Shown here in pieces: positions 16,030-27,022 of a stretch of 35,248 bases of DNA. A program made the position numbers and the translations under genes. A model generated the notes under the pieces. It saw only the letters and a program-made list of their open reading frames with translations. It ran no database searches and was not told the DNA's origin. How positions within the stretch are numbered: the stretch's first letter is position 1; each line of letters begins with the position of its first letter. The DNA comes from a virus (Duplodnaviria; Heunggongvirae; Uroviricota; Caudoviricetes), in IMG/VR virus record IMGVR_UViG_2563366961_000002, positions 1 through 35,248 of that record. One strand, given 5' to 3'.

Positions 16030-18440
16030 AACACGGAAAACCTTAAAATTAATTATTGGGGTATTTAAGGGTATTTTCAGGTGATTTAAGGGTATTAAAC
16101 TTGATTTAATTGATTAAAATATAAACAGATAGTTGTGTATCTTATTGATTTATAAGGTTATTTTTAAATAAAGGTAAATAAAAAATAAATAGCCATAAAT
16201 AGCTATAAATACATCTAAATACCTATATCCCTTCCCTTATGGCTAGATTGCGAGAGGTGCTTAACGCGATTTTCAGCGCCCCCCGATCTGGAAAATCCAG
16301 AATCCCCAAATATCAGCAAGGAATTTTCTTGCGTAATCAACATCGTTTTTACCTATTAAATCATTACACAGAAAGCCTTTCTGTAATGTCTCTCACTAAA
16401 CTTTCACTAAACACGAGAATGATCGGTTTTATGTCGGATCAGATGCTAGAAACAGCACCACGTCTCACAAGGACTGTAAGCGATGAAACCAGTGTTTATG
16501 CGGGTGCAGGTCAAAATATAGGCCAAAATCAATTTAACATAATAAACGTAATATGCACTAAGGAATACATAGAACGCCTTGAGTTGATGTATCAGGGGGG
16601 AAAAATGATGGATTTTTTACGTAGGAGCACGAGAGGGCTTCTGTTGACTTTTGTATGCTATGAAACATAATTAAAGGTTTTTTTGTTTTTATTGTGTGAT
16701 GTAGTGGATTACACAGGGGAATAGATTAAATGGTGTTCTGTTTATACAGGTTTATTTGTTAGATCAACAATTTGGCATTTCTAAACAGATGTTTGAACGT
16801 TGCCAAATGTCTTGACAACACAAGAAAAGGGCTTGCTATGCCACGCATTACACGAAATAAGGCTGTAAAAACAAAATAAATTTTAAAATTTGCACAAACG
16901 AGAAAACTCGTTAAGAAACAAGCAGAACAATTTTTAGCCAACAATTTCTGATGGTGCTCTGTAGGCCGCACTACACAAGGATTTGCGAAAGTGATGTAAA
17001 AGTGAAGAAAGTAAGAATTGCACTTTTAAGCTACTTTTCATTGAATTTTTAGTATGGAATTACACAGGAATAAGTTAGGGATATTCTATGATTTACACAG
17101 GGAATATAGGGGATTATGGCACACACATAGAAAGGCATTACACAGAGTGAGTGCTATGTGATGATTGGTAGTAACGGTAGGTCATAGTGAGCTAGGGGGT
17201 AGGTCACTGTGAACTACAATAAGACTATTAATAAAACTATATTAGATTATTAATTAGATCATAATAATAATATTCTTTATATCTATATATATGATCTTTT
17301 GCCTTCCGGCGTTAGCTTCACTCTCTGGCAAGCAGCCTTACTCCGCTACCTTTCGGGCTTCGTGGCTGGCCCGTTCCGCTCACACCGAAAGCAAAGCGTT
17401 ACTTTCTTCGTGTAACTTCGTTGGCGGTAACGCCCACGAAGAAATCTATTGCGCTGTGCGCAGTAAGAGTAATCACCTAACCAATCATACTGATTGCTTA
17501 TGTGTTAACTCTCTCTAACTCTTAATTACCCTCCTACATTTAATAACTCTGTTATTCTCTGTAGTTGTGTAATTACTCGAAGAGAGAGCGGCTAAAGCTC
17601 AATTACACTCTGCTTTCCTCGTGTAATTTCACTAAGCCTCAATACAATTTCACTTCCTACATTCTGTAGTCGTGTAATTGTTTTCGGTGGAAAAGCCAGA
17701 GGCGACACCGAAAGAGAATTCTGATCTTATTAATCTTATCTATCTTAGTTAATCTTCTTACTTATCTTACTTACTTTATCTACTTTATTATTAATAATAG
17801 CTTTATAAGCTCTCTGTGTAGCTCTCTGACGCAAGAAACAGCATTCAGGAAGGGAATCACCTTAGAAAAGGTGTTCTTTGCGTCATAATGTGTTTTATGA
17901 AGGATTCAGAGGTGTTTCATAACAGGAATGTATAGAGAATACTTTAGGTAATTAAAAATAAGGGGTCTAAATGCTTCTCTAACAGCATTAAGCAGGGTAG
18001 GGAATGGAAACGCATTGCCTACATATAATAAACTCACTACAGGGCTTTACAGGGCGTTTTATAAAGTGACTCTCTGTTTTATATCTACAATCACCTTTTC
18101 ATATACCTAACAAATACAAAATAAGCCCCTTAAATAAGCCTCTGGCGAGCTAAACAGACATTACATAAGAGAATGTATTGCTTTTATCAAAACTTCGTTA
18201 GAACGCGTTTTAGAGCGTTTTAGCGGATAATGAAGAATAGCACTACACAGAAGAGCACGAATTGCCAAGACAAATTATAACATGCTGAAAAAGATCGATT
18301 TTTTCGAAAAGGGTATTGACAAATGTTTCTTTATATGTAATAATAGGTATTAGAGGGACAGAAAAACATTCTTCTCTAAATAATCAAAATCAATGCACTT
18401 TGAAGCCGTCAGGCTTGCAAGGTGTTTTATTTCTTTTAAC
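16030..18440. promoter_or_regulatory. AT-rich non-coding origin/control-like region with iterated motifs
   Basis: No convincing ORF; repeated TTTAAGGGTATT, ATAAATAG, YATTACACAG (both orientations), GGTAGGTCA and TTATCTT runs. Confidence 0.4.
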
Positions 18441-18457
18441 TGAATAAGGAGTTTTTT

Positions 18458-18646
18458 ATGAAATGGTTTACACCGGAGCACGTCGTAAAGGCATTTAAAA
18501 AAGGTGAGCTTACACGCCACCAAATAGTAATGAATCGTAATATGGCAAGGAGTCGAGGTTATCCAGAGCGAGCAGCTTGCTTCAATGAAGCACTCAAGAT
18601 TATTGATGAACTAAGAAAAAATGAAAAAGAATCTGAAACAGAGTAA
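18458..18646 (+). CDS. hypothetical small protein (62 aa)
   Basis: ATG 8 nt after AAGGAG; first gene after the non-coding region. Confidence 0.5.
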   Translation: MKWFTPEHVVKAFKKGELTRHQIVMNRNMARSRGYPERAACFNEALKIIDELRKNEKESETE

Positions 18647-18665
18647 AGAAGAGAAGGAGAAAACT

Positions 18666-18836
18666 ATGAGCGAAGCTACAGAAAAGAAAAGACAACCACG
18701 CACTTGCTTTCATATTCCTGATGAAGTATTTCAGGTGTTGTTTAAAGAAGCCAGAAGTAAACGTATCACTGTTACAGATTACATTCTTGATATGTTGAAA
18801 AGAGAGGCTGAAACACTCTCAAATAAAAGCAAGTGA
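18666..18836 (+). CDS. RHH (CopG/Arc-like) DNA-binding protein
   Basis: Internal ATG after GAAGGAG; RTCFHIPDEVFQVLFKEARSKRITVTDYILDML. Confidence 0.5.
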   Translation: MSEATEKKRQPRTCFHIPDEVFQVLFKEARSKRITVTDYILDMLKREAETLSNKSK

Positions 18837-18889
18837 TTTTTATCACCATAGTAGCGCCATAGAGCGTGATTACATCAAGGAGATTTTTA

Positions 18890-19582
18890 ATGATTAACCA
18901 ACTAACTTTTACAAAACACTATGACACGTTTGATAATATATCAAAGATTTATTCTGATAAATTCCCTCAAGGAAAAGATTTAGATCTATTACATATTGTG
19001 CTTTATTTTCGATTCCTTAGTTATCAGGAAAACAACCTTAATTGTTATGAAAGTCACGAAACATTAGCTAAGATTTTTAAGTCTTCACCATCAACAATTA
19101 AACGTAAGATAAACGATCTTAAAGAGATGGGATTATTAGAAACATCCCCACATCCTGATCCGTATATTTCATCTTTGATTTACAATGCTCTCCCTCTCAC
19201 AGATGCACATATTACTCCCCCAGGAGAATCATCACTCTCTGATCTTTCTGAGGCAGAAGAAGCACAGGAACAACCTAAAGGCCATAAACAGCCTTCTTTT
19301 GATGTTCTTGATGATGATTGGGATACGCCTTTACCCTGGGAGACGGAAGAAACACCTGTTTCATCAAGTGAAAAGGTAGCTAATGATAATGAGGAGGATG
19401 TGTTAGAGAATTTTGCCTCTCTTATCATCCAGGAGAAACACAAAAGAACAGGAGGGGCATCATTTATAGAATTTGCAAATTCACTAGCTTGTAGATACGG
19501 GCTAAAACGACCAAATGGTATTGAGGCATATTTTTCTAAGCATTACCCAAATGTATACGAAGACTTTGATATTCCCTTTTAA
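18890..19582 (+). CDS. winged-helix protein, candidate replication initiator
   Basis: ATG after AAGGAG; wHTH-like LAKIFKSSPSTIKRKINDLKEMGLL; acidic C-terminal half. Confidence 0.5.
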   Translation: MINQLTFTKHYDTFDNISKIYSDKFPQGKDLDLLHIVLYFRFLSYQENNLNCYESHETLAKIFKSSPSTIKRKINDLKEMGLLETSPHPDPYISSLIYNALPLTDAHITPPGESSLSDLSEAEEAQEQPKGHKQPSFDVLDDDWDTPLPWETEETPVSSSEKVANDNEEDVLENFASLIIQEKHKRTGGASFIEFANSLACRYGLKRPNGIEAYFSKHYPNVYEDFDIPF

Positions 19583-19598
19583 AAAGTAAGGAGGACTA

Positions 19599-19877
19599 TT
19601 GATACAGTATTTAATAAAAAGCAAAGTAGACAGAATTCAGTGTAACGACACAGGAAAACGCATCTACGAAACGCTTGCTTACCTCTATAAAGGAAAGCCA
19701 ACACCGCTAAAATATAGCGATGTGTTACATCGAGCAGGTTGCTCTGAGTCAGGTTTAAAATTCTGGCTGAAACAGCTATCAAATTTCGGTGTTATTGAAA
19801 TGAAAGAGCTGTCTTTCTCTACATTTAATCTCAAAAGACTAGATAAAGAAATAGAATTCATCTATTCCACTCTCTAA
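19599..19877 (+). CDS. hypothetical wHTH-like protein
   Basis: TTG start 5 nt after AAGGAGG. Confidence 0.45.
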   Translation: MIQYLIKSKVDRIQCNDTGKRIYETLAYLYKGKPTPLKYSDVLHRAGCSESGLKFWLKQLSNFGVIEMKELSFSTFNLKRLDKEIEFIYSTL

Positions 19878-20009
19878 AATCTCTCTATGTAATTAAAATA
19901 TAAAAGGAAAACATTATTATGATAGTAGCTATGTATTGGTTATTGTTCTTTCTCACGTTAGAAGCATATTTCGGGGTGTTTTCCTTTAAAAGAAAAGGAA
20001 AAGTAAATT

Positions 20010-20420
20010 ATGGCAAAAAGAAAAAACAACGTTGTTAAGAAAATCGGTGATTCAGCTTCTCTTCTAAGTAAACCTAAATCTATTCTAAAACGTAAAGACT
20101 TTAAAGAGCTAGTTACGCTCACCAAGCATAATAGCGCCCCTGGCGAATGGAAAACAGAGATCATAGAACATTCTCCCTCTGTGCCTTGTGGAGATGAATA
20201 TATCGCCTTACAAGAAATCTTATCTTCAACACCTGGCGTGTTCTGGAAACCTAAAAAAAGAAAAGAGTATATCGTTGATAGCTCTGATTTACGCAAATAC
20301 CAGATTTTAGGATTTGAAGATTATAATCACTACGTTGGTTATCTCGCCACAAATGGCCTAAATAATTTAGTTCCTGAATTCCAGATTTTAGATAATGCAG
20401 ATCACTATGGAGACTTTTAA
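20010..20420 (+). CDS. hypothetical protein (136 aa)
   Basis: ORF with AAAGGAAAAG upstream. Confidence 0.5.
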   Translation: MAKRKNNVVKKIGDSASLLSKPKSILKRKDFKELVTLTKHNSAPGEWKTEIIEHSPSVPCGDEYIALQEILSSTPGVFWKPKKRKEYIVDSSDLRKYQILGFEDYNHYVGYLATNGLNNLVPEFQILDNADHYGDF

Positions 20421-20421
20421 T

Positions 20422-20760
20422 ATGAACAAAAACACGTATGACACAATTTACTCACTAATTAATTATTATGAGGATGATTACCTCCTGCCTTTAAACCGCG
20501 CTGAACTTGAAGCATACAAAGAAAACACGCCAGCGGCACTAAATGAGGCGTTTAAACACTGGGATTTAGCTGTGAATGCCTTTGAGCACCTCTCTAAGCG
20601 TGTAGAGATGCTCTGTAAGCGCGAAAACGCATACCTGACAGCCGATCAGGTATGGGAATTATCAAACTGGATAGAAGATATTGAATCTGATGTTCGCTAT
20701 GTGGGAGATGGACTTGTTGAACTAGCGCAACGCTTAGGCGCTACTATCACAGAAGAATAA
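20422..20760 (+). CDS. hypothetical protein (112 aa)
   Basis: ATG 8 nt after GGAG, immediately after upstream stop. Confidence 0.5.
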   Translation: MNKNTYDTIYSLINYYEDDYLLPLNRAELEAYKENTPAALNEAFKHWDLAVNAFEHLSKRVEMLCKRENAYLTADQVWELSNWIEDIESDVRYVGDGLVELAQRLGATITEE

Positions 20761-20789
20761 AAAAAGCAACAAAAAAGTTGTAAAATATC

Positions 20790-20818
20790 TTGACATTCCA
20801 TCTATTGTATGTTAATAT
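20790..20818 (+). promoter_or_regulatory. sigma70-type promoter
   Basis: TTGACA, 17-bp spacer, TAATAT. Confidence 0.5.
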
Positions 20819-21010
20819 AATTATATAGGGGTGATTATTTTTCCTTTATTGGTTCGATATTAAAAATTCTTCCTGTCATTAAAGGGGAGTAAAATCTCCG
20901 CTCCCCGCTTCTTCTCCTCCTTAAGTAAATACTGTGCCATTATACCTCTTTGTTATGCATACATCTTGGAGTATGCATAACATAGGGTAATTACATAGGT
21001 ATGAGTTAAT

Positions 21011-21042
21011 AAAAGGCGGCTTTAAATGCTGCCTTTTATTTT
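21011..21042 (+). terminator. putative rho-independent terminator
   Basis: AAAAGGCGGC-loop-GCTGCCTTTT hairpin then ATTTT. Confidence 0.45.
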
Positions 21043-21104
21043 GCCCGTTATACAACTTAAAAGTTGTATTTCTTACTTTAAACAAGGTAACAAGGTTTAT
21101 ATAA

Positions 21105-21317
21105 ATGTTGCTCTTAAATGATAAAGAGCAAATCATCAAGTATAAAGATGAAATGCTGAAAATTAATCCACAAATTACCGAAATGGTAGCTAAATACGCT
21201 GGGTGTTCTGTCGAGGAAGTAGAAAGATGTGTTGAAAAATATTTTTCTCCTTCTTCTCCGTCTACACCTTCCCTTAATGAATTAATCAAATTAAAAGCTA
21301 AGGAGATTACTAAATGA
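21105..21317 (+). CDS. hypothetical small protein
   Basis: 70-aa ORF; stop overlaps next start. Confidence 0.45.
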   Translation: MLLLNDKEQIIKYKDEMLKINPQITEMVAKYAGCSVEEVERCVEKYFSPSSPSTPSLNELIKLKAKEITK

Positions 21318-21676
21318 TTATTGATTTAGACACTCTGTTTCCAGTTCGAAAGACTTTCACGGATATTGTAAGTTATTGTACTGATCCGTTTGCCTCTGTA
21401 GAAAGCAAGGTTTTTGCTTCTCTTCCTGCTGATGTTGAGTGCGGCGACTTGATCACCAGCACTGGCGCTAAATATGAATCAGGAGATGATATTTATGTTG
21501 TTATGAGTGAATTTGTAACGGCTGGAGAAAACAAGCCTGTAGATGTGCTACGTAGCAATGCTGGGCTTGTATGCATCAAAGCTGATGCGCTGAATGCTGT
21601 AAGTGAAGCAGCAAAAACAGCATTAATTAAAAAAGGCTTTCAGCTTGAAGGGTTCCATTCTGTTTTCACTTCTTAA
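21314..21676 (+). CDS. hypothetical protein, possibly head-associated
   Basis: 120-aa ORF immediately upstream of the capsid-like gene. Confidence 0.45.
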   Translation: MIIDLDTLFPVRKTFTDIVSYCTDPFASVESKVFASLPADVECGDLITSTGAKYESGDDIYVVMSEFVTAGENKPVDVLRSNAGLVCIKADALNAVSEAAKTALIKKGFQLEGFHSVFTS

Positions 21677-21694
21677 TAAAAGGAATAATAATAA

Positions 21695-22723
21695 ATGATT
21701 CTAGGTAATGATTACGTTGATTTAGCTCCTCTGTTCTCTGCGCATAGCACTAGAAATTATCTACTTTCTACTCTCGACTTCACTGATCCGGTGGGCGTTA
21801 GTTCTCATAAAGTAGCTGTTTCCCAGCTTGTCGAAAGCAACGAATCTCTCTTTAACAAAGAGACAAGCCGTTTTAGTTCTGAACACAATGTTACTAAGCG
21901 AGAACAAGGTAAAGAATGGCTGATCGAAATCCCTTACTTCCTGCGTGAAGATGTGATCCGTCCTTCTGATGTTCAAGGCAAGCGTAAGCCTGGCACTGAT
22001 TTTCAGGAAACACTCACTGATATTTATGCTGACTATGTTGCTAAACACCACGTAGCGTATCAGCGTACAAAAGAGAGCGTGCTGGCTGCATCTCTGTTTA
22101 GCGGTAAAACTTACACGCCTAAAACTGATGATGTTCTTATCGAGTGGAGCAAGCTGTTTAACGTATCAGCTATGAAAGCCACTGTGAACGCTTCCAGCAC
22201 TGACACCACGAAGATTTTTAAAGAATTTGATCAGATTGCTACTGACATTATCGAAAAAGCACAGAGTCAGGCGGCGGCTGTAGAGCGAATTGTTGTTTTC
22301 TGTAAGCCGGAAGCCTTCTCTGCAATTCGATTCTCTGCTGGTATGGCAAACGCATTCCAGTATGTAAGCCCACTGGAAGAGGGGAACGTTGTGTATCAGC
22401 GTCGTGACCTGCTGCCAGGGGTGACAGCGTTCACTATTCCAGGAACTAACATTGATGTTGTTAAACTGGTAGATCCGCTACACCTGGCACATATGACCGC
22501 AGACGCTGTAGCTGTGCCTAAATTCTCTAAGGGTAGCGGAATTTATACCAACATCTACGGGGCTGCTTCCAGCACCTTTGAACTGATTAATGCCGCTCCT
22601 GCTGAGGTGTATAGCTATAGCTATGAATCTTCTCGTGGTGATGCTGTTAACGTTGTTACAGAGAATAGCCAGATGGTGGTAAACCACGGTGTAGGCTTCT
22701 CCGTTCAAATCACTGTTAAATAA
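21695..22723 (+). CDS. putative major capsid-like protein (342 aa)
   Basis: Strong terminator directly downstream; size and weak local resemblance to lambda gpE-type capsid proteins (from memory). Confidence 0.45.
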   Translation: MILGNDYVDLAPLFSAHSTRNYLLSTLDFTDPVGVSSHKVAVSQLVESNESLFNKETSRFSSEHNVTKREQGKEWLIEIPYFLREDVIRPSDVQGKRKPGTDFQETLTDIYADYVAKHHVAYQRTKESVLAASLFSGKTYTPKTDDVLIEWSKLFNVSAMKATVNASSTDTTKIFKEFDQIATDIIEKAQSQAAAVERIVVFCKPEAFSAIRFSAGMANAFQYVSPLEEGNVVYQRRDLLPGVTAFTIPGTNIDVVKLVDPLHLAHMTADAVAVPKFSKGSGIYTNIYGAASSTFELINAAPAEVYSYSYESSRGDAVNVVTENSQMVVNHGVGFSVQITVK

Positions 22724-22741
22724 TATTTTAACGTGTAATAG

Positions 22742-22777
22742 AGGCGTGGCGTGAATAACACGCTTCGCCTTTTTTTA
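22742..22777 (+). terminator. rho-independent terminator
   Basis: AGGCGTGGCGTG-aataa-CACGCTTCGCCT followed by T7. Confidence 0.6.
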
Positions 22778-22809
22778 TTTATTTTTAAATTTTGAGAGGT
22801 GATTAAAAT

Positions 22810-23013
22810 ATGGAAGTGATTTTGAAATCAAAAAATGGTGTACACGTACATTTAGATGCTAATGATTCTAGAGGATTGTTAAATCTGAAATATCTCTGTT
22901 CTCTTTTAGATGTTCCCTATGAAGGAGTAAAAGCCCGTATGTTCAGATTAAACGAGAGTATTGATCAGGCTCTACACCATTTCTTAAGCAAAGAAGGTGG
23001 TAAAAATGATTAA
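22810..23013 (+). CDS. hypothetical small protein (67 aa)
   Basis: ORF with GAGAGGTGA upstream. Confidence 0.45.
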   Translation: MEVILKSKNGVHVHLDANDSRGLLNLKYLCSLLDVPYEGVKARMFRLNESIDQALHHFLSKEGGKND

Positions 23014-23027
23014 TAAGGGGATTTTAA

Positions 23028-23921
23028 ATGTTAGAAATTAACACTTCTAAAATTAAGAACACAGTAACATTTAGTGTAGATAAAGACAGCTTGAAAAAAG
23101 CGAAAGACTCTATTACAGGCTTAAAGGAATTTGCAGAGAATATCAAGCCAGCTAAGTTAAGGTTTGATAATGTCACTAAAGGCTATAAGAAAGCACAAAG
23201 TGAAGTAGACAAGATTGCTCAACAGAAAGCTAAAGCCGAAAAACAGAATCAAAGAGTACAAGCTGCCGCAGCAAGAGCACAGGCAAGGCAACAGCAACAA
23301 ATAGCAGCACGTAAAGAGAAAGCAGAATTAAAACTCCTCGATGTGTCAAGCTCTATCAGTGCAATGCACCGTCTCTCTGTAGCTGAACAATACAAAGCTA
23401 TTGCACAGGCTAGAGAAATTGCCCTCCAATATGAAAGAGGCGCTATTAGTCTGGCACGTATGAATAGCCAGATGAAACGCTTACAACAGCAACAACGTAA
23501 GATTAATGGCAACAGAAAAGCACAATTAGCCCCCGTTAAGGGAGGATCAGGGAATTCCGCCACTATGGGCGCTCTGTTATTTGGAGGCGCTACGGCTGCT
23601 GCTGGCGTGATGGCTGTTAGTAAAGCGTCGGAGTTTGTTAGTAGCAGTTTCGCTAACGCAGAGACCCAAGGGGAGCTAATCCAACGTGCAAGGCTTGGCG
23701 GTGTAGACGTTAACCAGATGTATAATATTACAGAATGGGCGTATAGAAACGGCGTTGACTCTATGATGGGTGATCAAGGGGCTAGGAAATACCTGGATCA
23801 GATGAAAGATGTTAGGGAACGTGCCGCAAAATCCTACAGTGAAGCTGAATTGGTGAAAGACAAGAAAACCGGAAAATCTGAATGGAAAGGCGGTGATAAT
23901 GCTATTAATGAACTTCTAAAC
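23028..23921 (+). pseudogene. N-terminal fragment (298 codons) of a 609-aa coiled-coil protein disrupted by IS2
   Basis: Reading frame continues in phase across the IS2 target duplication to 25258-26193. Confidence 0.7.
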
Positions 23922-23932
23922 TGGATTTGCCC

Positions 23933-24838
23933 CTATATTTCCAGACATCTGTTATCACTTAACCCATTACAAGCCCGCTGCCGCAGATATTCCCGTGGCG
24001 AGCGATAACCCAGCGCACTATGCGGATGCCATTCGTTATAATGCTCGAACGCCTCTGCAAGGTTCTTTGCTGCCGTTAACCCGTCTGGTTTGGGCATGAT
24101 ACTGATGTAGTCACGCTTTATCGTTTTCACGAAGCTCTCTGCTATTCCGTTACTCTCCGGACTCCGCACCGCCGTGTTCTTCGGTTCAAGTCCCAACATC
24201 CGGGCGAACTGGCGTGTTTCATTAGCCCGGTAGCATGAACCATTATCCGTCAGCCACTCCACTGGAGACGACGGAAGATCGTTGCCGAAGCGGCGTTCCA
24301 CCGCTCCCAGCATGACGTCCTGTACTGTTTCACTGTTGAAGCCGCCGGTAGTGACCGCCCAGTGCAGTGCCTCACGATCACTGCAGTCCAGCGCGAACGT
24401 GACACGCAGTCTCTCTCCGTTATCACAGCAGAACTCGAACCCGTCAGAGCACCATCGCTGATTGCTTTCTTTCACGGCCACTCTGCCTGTATGTGCCCGT
24501 TTCGATGGCGGTACAGCAGGTTTTCGCTCAAGCAACAGCGCATTCTGGCGCATGATCCGGTAAACACGTTTGGCATTGATCGCAGGCATACCATCAAGTT
24601 CTGCCTGTCTGCGAAGCAGCGCCCATACCCGACGATAACCATACGTGGGCAGCTCTCCGATAACATGGTGTATACGGAGAAGCACATCCGTATCATCAGT
24701 GTGACGACTGCGGCGGCCATCCATCCAGTCATCGGTTCGTCTGAGAATGACGTGCAACTGCGCACGCGACACCCGGAGACAACGGCTGACTAAGCTTACT
24801 CCCCATCCCCGGGCAATAAGGGCGCGTGCGCTATCCAC
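23933..24838 (-). CDS. insD: IS2 OrfB (InsD) DDE transposase
   Basis: 301-aa ORF overlapping orfA end; retroviral-integrase-like catalytic domain. Confidence 0.85.
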
Positions 24839-25161
24839 TTTTTTGCCCGTCCATATTCAACGGCTTCTTTGAGGAGTTCATTTTCCATCGTTTTCTTGCC
24901 GAGCAGGCGCTGGAGTTCTTTAATCTGCTTCATGGCGGCAGCAAGTTCAGAGGCAGGAACAACCTGTTCTCCGGCGGCGACAGCAGTAAGACTTCCTTCC
25001 TGGTATTGCTTACGCCAGAGAAATAACTGGCTGGCTGCTACACCATGTTGCCGGGCAACGAGGGAGACCGTCATCCCCGGTTCAAAGCTCTGCTGAACAA
25101 TTGCGATCTTTTCCTGTGTGGTACGCCGTCTGCGTTTCTCCGGTCCTAAGACATCAATCAT
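24796..25161 (-). CDS. insC: IS2 OrfA (InsC)
   Basis: [25 protein letters not shown]... HTH protein, 121 aa. Confidence 0.85.
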
Positions 25162-25252
25162 CTGCTCTCCAATGACTAGTCTAAAAACTAGTATTAAGAC
25201 TATCACTTAAATAAGTGATACTGGTTGTCTGGAGATTCAGGGGGCCAGTCTA

Positions 25253-26193
25253 TAAACATCGGTGTTATTAACAAAAGCGACCTTAAAAAATTTGCTGATA
25301 ATCCGGCTGGATTAATTTCTAAGGCTGTTAATGGAATGATGAAAAAAGGGTTTTCAGACTCCCAAATTGGACAACGTTTAGAAGACCTGGGCGATGATTT
25401 GATGCTTACGTCAAAATATTGGCAACGTTCCGTTAAAGATGTACAAGAAAGTATTAATCAGCAAAAAGCCTCTGGAAAATGGCTAACAGAAACACAGCAA
25501 GACTCTATTGTTAAATTCAGAGAACTAAACAGACAGCTTTCACAGCTTTCTGATGCAAGACAAGTAGCATTCGTAGACGGCTTTATGAAATCTCTCGATC
25601 CAAAAGTAACGGAAGAGTTTATGAAAAACCTTTCTAATCTCACTCCGTATTTTACGAAGCTGGGAGAAGCTACAGGAAGTCTCTTTGAAGCTATTATGAA
25701 GATTGTAAACTGGTTTAATCGTAATGATGATAAGACAGATGCTATTCAGAAAAATATGGGTGATGCACCGCCATTAAGCAATGAAGGGATGAAACAGAAT
25801 CTTTCTAATCTCGTTCCTAATCAATATAAAGGCGCTGGCACTGCAACAACTACACCTGATAATAGTCATTCTCTCTTTAACACAATTAAGGGATTGCTTT
25901 TCGATGATAATTCTTCTGTGTCAGATGTAAAAATGTCAGTCAATGAAGCACCGATAACCAATCTCAAACAGGGTGCTTTAAATAATCTTGCAATGACAAC
26001 TCCAGCTTATAATTTATCTCCTGTGTTTAATCTGAATCCTACATTTGAAGTGGTAACAGAAGTGCCGCTAACTATCGAATCAGACACCGGACGATTGAGC
26101 GATTATGTGGATTTTACAGCGAGAGCAAGTCGGGATAGCTTCTTGAAATCATTAACATTAACCAGCTTATCAGGACAATCCAACGGCGGGTAA
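25253..26193 (+). pseudogene. C-terminal fragment of the IS2-disrupted 609-aa protein
   Basis: In phase with 23028-23921 through the duplicated TAAAC. Confidence 0.7.
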
Positions 26194-26227
26194 TTCCCGC
26201 CATAACATTACAAGGAAAATTATTATT

Positions 26228-26941
26228 ATGGCGACCGCCGGGATTTTAACCATACGTGCAGCAAATACTCCAGAACAACACGTTCAGGCTGTTTACAAAG
26301 CAGAACAAGATATAAATTCTACAAAAAACGAAAATAGCAAAGCTAATAAAACAAAAGGAGAGAACGGATTTGCTATTGTTACCAGTGGCTTGGCATCTTC
26401 TGGTAATGACGTTTATGAAAATTATATGGCACTGGCCTTTGATAGTGTTGACGATGTGAACGTGAGACGTTCGGCAGATGTCACAAGCTACCCCGTAGAA
26501 AATGGTGCTACTGTGTCTGATCACGTTCAAATTAAAAACAATAAGTTCTCTCTTAAAGGGCGTATCACTGAAACACCGATTAAAAGCGATCCTGGCTTGT
26601 TAAAGAGTGCAGGGGTGAACGGGAACAGAAGATCATTAGCTATAGACTACTTGAATCAGATTATGGACAGTAGACAGCCTTTTCTTCTTGTTACAGAAAA
26701 TAAAACTTTTGAGAACGTTGTTTTAACAGGCATCGAATACACAGAAGAGGCAAGCGAATCCCTGGTATTTGATCTTAGCTTTGAACAAATAAGATTAGTT
26801 TCTTATGGTACTGTAAACACTGTAGCTATCAAAACACAGCCATCTAAGAACATCGGGGCGAATATGAAAAAACGTGTTAACACTGAAAAATCAAGTAGTG
26901 AAGGTGAAGACACTATTACTCCTGCCTTTAAACAGGAATAG
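26228..26941 (+). CDS. hypothetical protein (237 aa), possibly structural
   Basis: ORF following the coiled-coil gene on the same strand. Confidence 0.5.
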   Translation: MATAGILTIRAANTPEQHVQAVYKAEQDINSTKNENSKANKTKGENGFAIVTSGLASSGNDVYENYMALAFDSVDDVNVRRSADVTSYPVENGATVSDHVQIKNNKFSLKGRITETPIKSDPGLLKSAGVNGNRRSLAIDYLNQIMDSRQPFLLVTENKTFENVVLTGIEYTEEASESLVFDLSFEQIRLVSYGTVNTVAIKTQPSKNIGANMKKRVNTEKSSSEGEDTITPAFKQE

Positions 26942-27022
26942 CCGTAAATGCCTCTAAAACGCTCTGTAACGATGTAATTATAAAAGAGGCTACCAATCTA
27001 TGTTGAAGCCTCTTTATTGCGT

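Larger units (their letters stand above)
23922..25252 (-). mobile_element. IS2 (IS3 family), complete, 5-bp TAAAC target-site duplication
   Basis: Ends TGGATTTGCCCCTATATTTCCAG... and ...GGGGGCCAGTCTA; TAAAC at 23917-23921 and 25253-25257. Confidence 0.9.

Noticed and set aside
16239-16670. 143-aa ORF in the AT-rich region
   Set aside because: Low-complexity translation, no RBS noted, overlaps iterated motifs; probably non-coding.
17291-17518. 75-aa ORF
   Set aside because: Coincides with nested inverted repeats; more likely structured DNA/RNA than protein.
24362-25096. Plus-strand ORFs inside IS2 (24362-24793, 24826-25026, 24869-25096) and minus-strand 24472-24765
   Set aside because: Overlap or are antisense to insC/insD; not known IS2 genes.
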